In this document: positions 30,993-37,786 of the stretch, piece after piece
Position numbering within the stretch: position 1 is the first letter of the stretch
Layout: every line of letters starts with the position of its first letter
DNA from: Candidatus Komeilibacteria bacterium
GTDB lineage: Bacteria > Patescibacteriota > Patescibacteriia > UBA1558 > GWA2-36-10
NCBI GenBank assembly: GCA_018656065.1
Contig: JABHZY010000024.1
Location: forward strand, 75,980 to 139,979
Length of the DNA stretch: 64,000 bases
Direction of reading: 5' to 3'
The notes under the pieces: model-generated
What the model saw: only the letters and a program-made list of their open reading frames with translations
What the model was told of the DNA's origin: nothing
The model's database searches: none
Position numbers and translations under genes: made by a program

Positions 30993-31376
30993 ATGAGTGA
31001 AAAAGATCTAATAAAAAAAGCTGGTTTAAAAATTACATCTGCCAATATGTCTGTTTTTAAGGCCTTAAAAAATAACCACAACCCCCTATCTGCGAAAGAA
31101 ATTTGGAATGGACTTAATAAAAAAATAAACCTTGTTTCTATATATAGAATATTAGAACGTTTTTCATTAGCTGGACTAATTAATGAAGATACTATTAATC
31201 ATGCTCGTCAAGAAAAAGTATATCACCTCTCCTCTGCTCATCATCACCATATGTTTTGTCAATCTTGTGAAAAAATATTTTGCATACCTTGTAAGTTAAA
31301 TATCGACTTACCCAAAAATTTTAAATTAATAAAACATCAAATCCAACTAACTGGATTATGTAATAAATGTAAATAA
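30993..31376 (+). CDS. Fur-family metal regulator (Zur-like)
   Basis: GLKIT, SIYRIL, HHHHMFCQSC and GLCNKC motifs. Confidence 0.88.
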   Translation: MSEKDLIKKAGLKITSANMSVFKALKNNHNPLSAKEIWNGLNKKINLVSIYRILERFSLAGLINEDTINHARQEKVYHLSSAHHHHMFCQSCEKIFCIPCKLNIDLPKNFKLIKHQIQLTGLCNKCK

Positions 31377-31380
31377 AAAT

Positions 31381-32271
31381 ATGTTATTAATCTACATCAT
31401 CGTGGCCACAGTAGCAGTCAGCCTATTGTCACTTATCGGCCTTAGTTTATTCTTCAAAAAAAGATACTCTCAAAAAATAATGGAAGCAACTGTATCTTTA
31501 GCTGCGGCTGTGCTATTAGGAAATGTATTTTTCCATATGTTACCTGAAATAGTAGAAGAATCTCATCATGAAAACTTTGATTTTCAATCTTTGGCTTTTT
31601 GGATGCTTGGTTCAATTGTATTTTTCTTCTTTACTGAAAAATATTTACATTGGCATAATTGTCATCATCATCAAGATCATGGCAATAATAAACACCAACA
31701 CAATGAAAAATGTACTCACCCTATGGGTATAAATATTTTAATCGGCGATGGTCTACACAATTTAATTGATGGTATGGCCATTGCAGCAGCTTTTATGCTT
31801 GATGTTCAATTGGGCGTCTTGGCAACCATTGCTATAGCTCTACACGAAATTCCTCAAGAAATTGGTGATTTTAGTTTGCTTCTATACGCAGGTTATTCTA
31901 AAACCAAGGCATTGCTATGGAATTTGATTTCTGCTCTAATGGCTGTCTTAGGAGGAATAATTACTTATTTCTTTGCCCAAAGTGGTGATACACAACTAAT
32001 ACTGACTTCTATTGCAGCTGGTAGTTTTTTATATATTGCCATGAGCGATATTATGCCCCATCTTCATAATTCAAAAAATAATCATTATAAGGTGCAGGTT
32101 TTATGGTTTGTTATAGGTTTAATATTAATATATTCTATTAATCAATTTATTAGCTTTGGACATACACACGAAGCTATTCACGAACCTAATAATCAAGCTA
32201 TTCACGAACATATCGACGATCATGAGCACGAAGAAAATCATGAAGATGAACATGATTATGACCATCAATAA
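31381..32271 (+). CDS. ZIP-family metal (zinc) transporter
   Basis: GDGLHNLIDG and HEIPQEIGDF motifs; His-rich loop and tail. Confidence 0.93.
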   Translation: MLLIYIIVATVAVSLLSLIGLSLFFKKRYSQKIMEATVSLAAAVLLGNVFFHMLPEIVEESHHENFDFQSLAFWMLGSIVFFFFTEKYLHWHNCHHHQDHGNNKHQHNEKCTHPMGINILIGDGLHNLIDGMAIAAAFMLDVQLGVLATIAIALHEIPQEIGDFSLLLYAGYSKTKALLWNLISALMAVLGGIITYFFAQSGDTQLILTSIAAGSFLYIAMSDIMPHLHNSKNNHYKVQVLWFVIGLILIYSINQFISFGHTHEAIHEPNNQAIHEHIDDHEHEENHEDEHDYDHQ

Positions 32272-32293
32272 ATAGTTTTCATTTATATAAATT

Positions 32294-32318
32294 AAGGACC
32301 TTTAAATAGGTCCTTTTT
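32294..32318 (+). terminator. Intrinsic terminator after ZIP gene
   Basis: aaggacct...aggtcctt followed by Ts. Confidence 0.7.
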
Positions 32319-32321
32319 ATA

Positions 32322-32350
32322 TTGACAAAATAACTAAAATATGATATAAT
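32322..32350 (+). promoter_or_regulatory. Consensus sigma70 promoter
   Basis: TTGACA-17 nt-TATAAT with extended TG. Confidence 0.8.
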
Positions 32351-32410
32351 AATATATCTTCAATTGGAATTCGCCGATGAAGATATACCCTGTCAAATGG
32401 AGCAAACAAT

Positions 32411-32872
32411 ATGAATACGATGAAAATCGTGCTCTCCCTGATTATCATGCTGATTTTCACGGGCGTCGTCCTGGCTGATGACGAATCGCTCAGGCCCGAA
32501 CTGAACAACGCCGTCCAGCAGCTGGAAAGCAACTGGAACAGCATGACCCCCTACCAGCGTGGTGATCAAGAGCAGGAAATCGCCAGATTGGTCCTACTGC
32601 CAAAGGACTATATCGGAACCATGTTCAGGTACCACTACCTGTACACCGATACGGCCTACTTCTCCGAATGCCCCGAGGAACGGAGAGATAGGATGTGGAA
32701 CTATATCCTTGAACGGCAGAGGTGGGATACGCATGATATGCAGGTGTTGGCCAACAACTTCTACATTGAAGGCTACCACTTCGAAGCTAGGTTGTTGTTC
32801 AACCACAACCTCGATAGGCTCCAACCTATCAATCCCAACCTCGAACCCGAGGACACCTTGGAACTAGAGTAG
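32411..32872 (+). CDS. Secreted orphan protein (GC-rich)
   Basis: GGAG SD; signal peptide ending VLA; own promoter and terminator. Confidence 0.7.
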   Translation: MNTMKIVLSLIIMLIFTGVVLADDESLRPELNNAVQQLESNWNSMTPYQRGDQEQEIARLVLLPKDYIGTMFRYHYLYTDTAYFSECPEERRDRMWNYILERQRWDTHDMQVLANNFYIEGYHFEARLLFNHNLDRLQPINPNLEPEDTLELE

Positions 32873-32899
32873 CAGCCACCAACGCTGCTTCACCCTCTC

Positions 32900-32927
32900 G
32901 GATCCCGACCGGAAATCGGGATCTTTT
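32900..32927 (+). terminator. Intrinsic terminator
   Basis: ggatcccga...tcgggatct followed by Ts. Confidence 0.7.
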
Positions 32928-32947
32928 ATTTGTTCTCAGACTTACTA

Positions 32948-32976
32948 TTGACAAAAATAAATATACATGCTAGTAT
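32948..32976 (+). promoter_or_regulatory. sigma70 promoter of riboswitch-led operon
   Basis: TTGACA-17 nt-TAGTAT with extended TG. Confidence 0.75.
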
Positions 32977-32994
32977 GACTTGAAACATTAAAAT

Positions 32995-33081
32995 TTCATT
33001 CAATGAAGCTTTGAAGAACTGTCTGTATTTGGACGCTTGGACAGTTTGGAGCTAGTAGCGTAACCGGCATTGTGTAATGAA
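32995..33081 (+). ncRNA. c-di-GMP-II riboswitch aptamer 1
   Basis: P1 caatg/cattg; GAAGC-TTTGAAG kink-turn strand; stem aactgtct/ggacagtt; loop TATTTGGACGC; GGAGCTAGTA; pseudoknot partner GCGT-AA-CCG. Matches the c-di-GMP-II architecture as recalled. Confidence 0.85.
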
Positions 33082-33107
33082 TCTCAACAAATGAGCTTGA
33101 TTTACTT

Positions 33108-33132
33108 AAAATGCCTGGATGGGTATTTTTTT
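33108..33132 (+). terminator. Riboswitch 1 expression-platform terminator
   Basis: aaaatgcct-ggat-gggtatttt plus Ts; its 5' arm aatgcc is complementary to the aptamer 3' end ggcatt. Confidence 0.65.
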
Positions 33133-33166
33133 GTATTTTAAGTTCTTTATACAACATAATAGGAAA

Positions 33167-33293
33167 AACATCAGTGAGGCAATGAAAAACCGCCTATATT
33201 TGGACGCTTGCACCCGGTAAATTATTCTTAGGAATAAATAAACCGAGGTCAAGGGTGGTTTGGAGCTAGTAGCGTAACCGGCATTTAGATGCT
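33167..33293 (+). ncRNA. c-di-GMP-II riboswitch aptamer 2 (with inserted hairpin)
   Basis: Same core TATTTGGACGCTTG and GTTTGGAGCTAGTAGCGTAACCGGCATT; covarying stem aaaccgcct/gggtggttt; extra hairpin at 33208-33252. Confidence 0.8.
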
Positions 33294-33307
33294 TGTTATA
33301 TTTAGTT

Positions 33308-33332
33308 AAGACGCCTTCTCTGAGGCGTTTTT
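33308..33332 (+). terminator. Riboswitch 2 expression-platform terminator
   Basis: aagacgcct-tctctg-aggcgtttt plus T, upstream of the next SD. Confidence 0.7.
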
Positions 33333-33360
33333 GTGTTTCCCCCAACAGGAGGTGCCTGCA

Positions 33361-33771
33361 ATGGCCCGAGTTTTCATTTTTGACAACGATCCGACCATGG
33401 CTCTGACTATGGCCTTTGGTCTGGAATCTGAAGGGCACGAAGTCCTGACCAACATCGAGACCAACGAATCTGGCGGACATCACGCTGAGCTGAACACTAC
33501 CAAGGTGATTCGCAAAATGCTCGAGTGGAAACCGGTCCCCGATGTAATTATCATCGAGTGCTTGGAAGTCGACAGCGAACGTTTCATGAGCATCCTCCAG
33601 GGTGCTGGTATGCAGCACCTGACGGTCCTAGCGATGTCACATCGCTATAAGAACAACACTCGCCTGCAACGACTGATGAGTGAGTACGGCGCCTTCTGCA
33701 TGCCGAAACCACTCAACGTCAATAATCTTGTGGAATATGTTCAGGAGCTCTCGACAAGTCCGGTTGGCTGA
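33361..33771 (+). CDS. Stand-alone atypical receiver (CheY-like) domain protein
   Basis: AGGAGG SD before ATG 33361; VFIFDND, PDVIIIE (Glu at the phospho-Asp position), LAMS and KP motifs. Confidence 0.7.
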   Translation: MARVFIFDNDPTMALTMAFGLESEGHEVLTNIETNESGGHHAELNTTKVIRKMLEWKPVPDVIIIECLEVDSERFMSILQGAGMQHLTVLAMSHRYKNNTRLQRLMSEYGAFCMPKPLNVNNLVEYVQELSTSPVG

Positions 33772-33836
33772 TTTAGCACAGCTTCTCTGCAAAGCTGGGG
33801 GGAATTCCCTAGACGAACGGAGAGGAGGTGATAATT

Positions 33837-33959
33837 ATGTTCAACGCTCTGACTTCGAGGATGATGAAGGGTAAGGGAGCCGTCGTGGTGTGCACGCTGT
33901 GTGTCATCGGCTTCCAGACCCTGAATCTGATTGATCTGTTCTGGTGGTTGCGCAAGTAA
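33837..33959 (+). CDS. 40-aa hydrophobic micropeptide MFNALTSRMMKGKGAVVVCTLCVIGFQTLNLIDLFWWLRK
   Basis: GAGGAGGTG SD; C-terminus conserved with the second copy despite synonymous codon changes; absent from ORF track. Confidence 0.7.
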   Translation: MFNALTSRMMKGKGAVVVCTLCVIGFQTLNLIDLFWWLRK

Positions 33960-34133
33960 CCTCTATGAAGTGTTAACCCCTGTGTCACTCTAAGGAGTGG
34001 CCAACCGGGAGCCTGTCAAAATGCTAATCCCCCCAGCGATTGGCAGGCCCCCACCCTCCTTACCTATAGATTAACTAATATAACTTCTATAGCTGGGAAC
34101 ATATATCTCAAGCTTATAAGAGGAGGTTACACC

Positions 34134-34199
34134 ATGGACTTTGTTTATATCGTAACGGGCTTGTCCCTGATCGATTTGTGGTGGTGGTTACGCAAGTAA
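34134..34199 (+). CDS. 21-aa micropeptide MDFVYIVTGLSLIDLWWWLRK
   Basis: AGAGGAGGT SD; paralog of the 33837 peptide; absent from ORF track. Confidence 0.7.
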   Translation: MDFVYIVTGLSLIDLWWWLRK

Positions 34200-34349
34200 C
34201 CTAGTTGAGCACTAACTCCTGCGTCACTCTAAGGAGTGACCAACCGGGGATTTGTCGAATAGTCACGTTCCCAGTTATCGACGAATCCCCATCCCCGACC
34301 TTACTCACATGGTGTGAGTAAGTAACTCCACCTCACAGGAGGAAAAATC

Positions 34350-35057
34350 ATGAAGAAGTACGCATTTCTGACCCTGAGTATCCTGGCGCTTCTGGCCCTG
34401 GGTGCTTGCAGTGACACCGACAAGATCACCGATGTCCAATCGGACAACAACAACCAGCCGACCATTACGGCCGGCGAAATCCACACCGAGTTCCTCGAAC
34501 TGCTCTACGCCGAGAATGACTTCGCCAAGCGCGAGAAGTCAAGCCAGGTCTCGAGCGCCACTACGACGGCCAACGAGATTCTGATTCGTCACGGCCTGAA
34601 GCCGATGTCGGAAGCCGATGTCGAAACGGAACTCCAGCGGGGTCGCGAAATGGCTCAGATGGACCCTGTTCAGTTGATTGAGAGCATCTTGACTCCCGAA
34701 GAACTGATCTGGTGGGATCGTTTCTCTTGGGAAGCCAAAGTTTTCGACGCCAAGAAGGTCTACCGGCAACACTGCAACCTGTACGGTGCCCCTACCGAAG
34801 GCAGCATGCTGAGCAACCTGTTGGACATGAGCCTGTCCTCGGCCGAGTTTTGGGATGTCTACCGTGAAAAGGACATTCCGACTTACCAGAACCCCTACAT
34901 ACCGATGACCAAAAGCTGGCGCGGTGTGCTCCGTTTCGTGGTGGCCGTAGTCGTCGATGGTGGTGCAGGAGCAGCGTGTGCTGCTGGTGGCCCCATCGTA
35001 TCAGGTGTTGTTGGCGGCCTGGCTAGCGCCGGTGCTGACGGCATGATTTTCGACTAG
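34350..35057 (+). CDS. Lipoprotein with C-terminal Gly/Ala-rich hydrophobic (glycine-zipper-like) tail
   Basis: AGGAGG SD; lipobox LGAC; tail WRGVLRFVVAVVVDGGAGAACAAGGPIVSGVVGGLASAG. Confidence 0.8.
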   Translation: MKKYAFLTLSILALLALGACSDTDKITDVQSDNNNQPTITAGEIHTEFLELLYAENDFAKREKSSQVSSATTTANEILIRHGLKPMSEADVETELQRGREMAQMDPVQLIESILTPEELIWWDRFSWEAKVFDAKKVYRQHCNLYGAPTEGSMLSNLLDMSLSSAEFWDVYREKDIPTYQNPYIPMTKSWRGVLRFVVAVVVDGGAGAACAAGGPIVSGVVGGLASAGADGMIFD

Positions 35058-35108
35058 CCACTCGCCTTCAGAGATTCTAACCTTAAACCCTTTAAGGGGG
35101 TGAATGCT

Positions 35109-35336
35109 ATGCAGGATTACCTGTTAATCATTCTCTTTTGCATCATTGGTTCCGTCGTCGGTAACTTGGTGCTGAAGAATGATCGTTTTTCCCGTTTCTT
35201 AGGAATAGGCCTAGGATTGTCACCGGCATTTGCTATCATCGAGCATATGCCACTCCTCCTACTGGCCGCCCTGCTCTTCGGTCCGCTGCTTGCTTGGCGA
35301 CGACATCATGTTCGTTGTCAATCTAGCCCGACCTAG
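35109..35336 (+). CDS. Small 3-TM membrane protein, candidate immunity/partner
   Basis: AAGGGGGTGA SD before ATG 35109; three hydrophobic segments. Confidence 0.6.
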   Translation: MQDYLLIILFCIIGSVVGNLVLKNDRFSRFLGIGLGLSPAFAIIEHMPLLLLAALLFGPLLAWRRHHVRCQSSPT

Positions 35337-35355
35337 AGTAGGTCTCAAAGCCCAG

Positions 35356-35391
35356 AAGGACCCGTCACTGCATATGCACACGGGTCCTTTT
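35356..35391 (+). terminator. Intrinsic terminator ending the riboswitch-led operon
   Basis: aaggacccgt...acgggtcctt followed by Ts. Confidence 0.75.
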
Positions 35392-35406
35392 CTCTTATCT
35401 ATAATA

Positions 35407-35435
35407 TTGACAAATTGTCCAAAAAATAGTAGTAT
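35407..35435 (+). promoter_or_regulatory. tRNA promoter
   Basis: TTGACA-17 nt-TAGTAT. Confidence 0.7.
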
Positions 35436-35456
35436 ATTACTGCTTTTATTAAACCT

Positions 35457-35530
35457 TCGGAGATCGTCTAATGGTAGGACACCTGGTTTTGGTCCAGGCA
35501 ATCGGGGTTCGATCCCCTGTCTCCGAGCCA
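35457..35530 (+). tRNA. tRNA-Gln (anticodon TTG)
   Basis: Acceptor TCGGAGA/TCTCCGA, anticodon arm CCTGG-TTTTGGT-CCAGG, T loop TTCGATC, encoded CCA. Confidence 0.96.
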
Positions 35531-35575
35531 AATCGAGATAAGTTATTACGCACGAGACGCGTAGTATATAATATA

Positions 35576-35610
35576 TTAAAAAACAACCACTTTATGAGGT
35601 TGTTTTTTAA
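35576..35610. terminator. Bidirectional terminator between tRNA and island cargo
   Basis: ttaaaaaacaacc...ggttgttttttaa inverted repeat. Confidence 0.7.
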
Positions 35611-35615
35611 CTCTA

Positions 35616-36089
35616 TTATTTACAAATACCAGTTGAGCCATATGCATATGTACCAAATGCCATACCACCCTCGCTGCGTGCAAAATGACCATTATTTTTA
35701 TCAACATGAAAAATGTCACTAGCACCACTTGAATAAGCTATCATCCCAACTACAATTATATTCTCATCTTCAAATAATTTACTTATCGGTGCCTTGCCTC
35801 CTAGCGAGCCAAGCATTTGCGGATTTTTAGTATTAAGGTCAAGAAGTCCTATTACTGTGCCTACACTATTCTCATTGCTAGAATAAATTATTTCACATGA
35901 TAAATCATTATTCATAATAAAAAATTTATTATCTGGCAAATCCATATAGAGAATATCTCTCTCAATAGGCTCATCAACTCCCCCTCCTTTATAAAAAGAA
36001 ACTACTGCAATAAAAGTTATAATAAGTAGAAAACTCATGACCTTGATAATGGTCATCTTAGTTTTTTTACTGTTTTCTTTTTCGCTCAT
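35616..36089 (-). CDS. Hypothetical membrane-anchored protein
   Basis: N-terminal TM, beta-rich domain. Confidence 0.6.
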   Translation of the reverse strand: MSEKENSKKTKMTIIKVMSFLLIITFIAVVSFYKGGGVDEPIERDILYMDLPDNKFFIMNNDLSCEIIYSSNENSVGTVIGLLDLNTKNPQMLGSLGGKAPISKLFEDENIIVVGMIAYSSGASDIFHVDKNNGHFARSEGGMAFGTYAYGSTGICK

Positions 36090-36103
36090 ATATTTATTTT
36101 AAT

Positions 36104-36718
36104 TTATATGAATTTTTTAAAATCTTCAATTTTTATAATTTTAATTTCTACATTTTTAAATTTAATCTTATTCTGTGGAATATTAATTACAGATTTATGA
36201 CCAAAAATAAGAATTGGTTTAATAAACTTACTAGACTCTTCCCCAAATTTTATATCTTTAACTAAGCTACAATGCATTAATAAATCATTTAATACTTTTG
36301 TATGGTCATAATTAGAAACTTTGAGTAAATTATTTTTAAAGGTTACTAATCCAGCCCAATTTTTTACTTCTATGCCAAAATATTTATTATTTTTAGTTAC
36401 TAAAAAATCTAAATCTCCATATTTAGTATTAATATTTTGTTCGTAATTAATATCTAATTTTTTTAATTTTTGAGCTAGCTGTGTTTCTAAATCAAGACCT
36501 TTGCTATAAGGTGTTTGTTTTTTTATGTATCCTTCTGTAATATTAATTATTGCTATACTAATAATAGCTAATAATATCCCTATTAAAAAACTACCTATTT
36601 GGCTTTCAAATGGATAAATATGTCCTATAAAAAATGCACATACTATTAATAAAGCCACTATAAAATTATTATAGAGCTTATATTTTGTAATTTTACCCTC
36701 TAGATAATCGTTTGCCAT
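36104..36718 (-). CDS. Two-TM NERD / PD-(D/E)xK nuclease-like protein
   Basis: GLDLE, GDLDFLV and IEVKNW motifs. Confidence 0.75.
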   Translation of the reverse strand: MANDYLEGKITKYKLYNNFIVALLIVCAFFIGHIYPFESQIGSFLIGILLAIISIAIINITEGYIKKQTPYSKGLDLETQLAQKLKKLDINYEQNINTKYGDLDFLVTKNNKYFGIEVKNWAGLVTFKNNLLKVSNYDHTKVLNDLLMHCSLVKDIKFGEESSKFIKPILIFGHKSVINIPQNKIKFKNVEIKIIKIEDFKKFI

Positions 36719-36725
36719 ATATTTA

Positions 36726-36965
36726 TTAAAAAATAATAATCACATTTATTGCTGTAGCTACGATTAGAAGAATTGTAAGTCCAATCATAATCCAAGACTG
36801 AATGGTCATAACCCTTGATTGTTTGTCTAACATTTGCGCAAGACCTATCATAGCATAAGCACTCGCTTCACTAGTTCTATTTAGTATTTTATTATCTTCC
36901 CTAGAATAATAATCATCGTTCATAGTTTCTAGTAGTTTTTTGGCTACTTTAGTTTCTTCATTCAT
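36726..36965 (-). CDS. Small protein with C-terminal TM
   Basis: ORF in co-oriented array. Confidence 0.55.
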   Translation of the reverse strand: MNEETKVAKKLLETMNDDYYSREDNKILNRTSEASAYAMIGLAQMLDKQSRVMTIQSWIMIGLTILLIVATAINVIIIF

Positions 36966-36974
36966 ATACCTATT

Positions 36975-37277
36975 TTAATTATTTTTATCCACCAAAATAA
37001 AATAAAAAATTACCACTACAATATCAAGCATTATCCACAAACTTTTTTCATACAAATGAATCGGTAAAAATGGATTAAACAACGCAGCGATAGCAATAAG
37101 TAACCAAAACCAACCATCTGTTCTTTTCTTAATCCCATACAAGGTATAGGCATAAAAAGCGGATACACCTGTTACAATAAATTTTAAAAAATTATAATAA
37201 CCATAAGGAACATCAAAAAAAGATACTACAATTATTATTGTTGCTATTATTGCTGGAGTTTTGCTAATTTTTTTCAT
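36975..37277 (-). CDS. DUF6804-like membrane protein
   Basis: PYGYY..L, LFNPFLPIHL and W..LD motifs. Confidence 0.7.
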   Translation of the reverse strand: MKKISKTPAIIATIIIVVSFFDVPYGYYNFLKFIVTGVSAFYAYTLYGIKKRTDGWFWLLIAIAALFNPFLPIHLYEKSLWIMLDIVVVIFYFILVDKNN

Positions 37278-37286
37278 AAATTCTAA

Positions 37287-37781
37287 TTATTCTTCAGAAA
37301 TATAATCAATAATACTTTTAAATGTAGAAAAATTATCTGAACTATCTGCATCTTCAGAAATTTGAGCACAAATCATTATCCAAAGTTGCATATTTTTTTT
37401 AGTATTATCTTCACCTTTAAACATTTCTAATAAAATTTCAATTTTACGTTTTTCTAAGCCAAGAACCACAGAACACGATTCAATTAATTTATCCGCGTTA
37501 TATTCTCTGTCATTTGAAGATACATCCCATATTATAATTGTGTTCCATATATTTTTTAATTTATTAGAATTCAAATCAGATATACTTGTTCGAAACATGC
37601 CTTCATCTGGATGAAACATTATCAAAATCATTTGTTGAGCTAAAAAGAAACCCCTGCGTATTATATTCTGCGATGGAGTATCACTTAAACCAAAAATCTT
37701 AGAATCTAACTCATTGGACATTGGAGTATTTATAGAGTTAAATTTATAAATTTTACCACTTAAAGCGCTGAATAATCCCAT
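37287..37781 (-). CDS. Hypothetical protein (MGLF N-terminus)
   Basis: ORF in co-oriented array. Confidence 0.6.
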   Translation of the reverse strand: MGLFSALSGKIYKFNSINTPMSNELDSKIFGLSDTPSQNIIRRGFFLAQQMILIMFHPDEGMFRTSISDLNSNKLKNIWNTIIIWDVSSNDREYNADKLIESCSVVLGLEKRKIEILLEMFKGEDNTKKNMQLWIMICAQISEDADSSDNFSTFKSIIDYISEE

Positions 37782-37786
37782 ATAAT

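Larger units (their letters stand above)
33783..34295 (+). repeat. Two diverged tandem sORF + structured-RNA units (stop-to-stop spacing 240 nt)
   Basis: Shared cttct..agctggg, agaggaggt, ctgatygatytg..tggtggtt.cgcaagtaacct, gtcactctaaggagtgrccaaccggg and a GC-rich hairpin. Confidence 0.85.

Noticed and set aside
32317-32867. Alternative-frame and antisense ORFs over the 32411 gene
   Set aside because: Expected by-products of GC-rich coding sequence
33106-33618. 170-aa minus-strand ORF
   Set aside because: Antisense to riboswitch 2 and the SD-led receiver gene; no motifs
33680-33874. 64-aa plus-strand ORF
   Set aside because: Out-of-frame overlap without SD; the SD-led 33837 peptide is better supported
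32995-34295. Repeats considered as a CRISPR array or DGR template/variable pair
   Set aside because: Only two copies of each, no regular spacers, no cas or reverse transcriptase gene; differences are structure-compensatory rather than A-specific
35230-35722. ORFs overlapping the tRNA
   Set aside because: Shadows of tRNA-Gln and neighbouring genes
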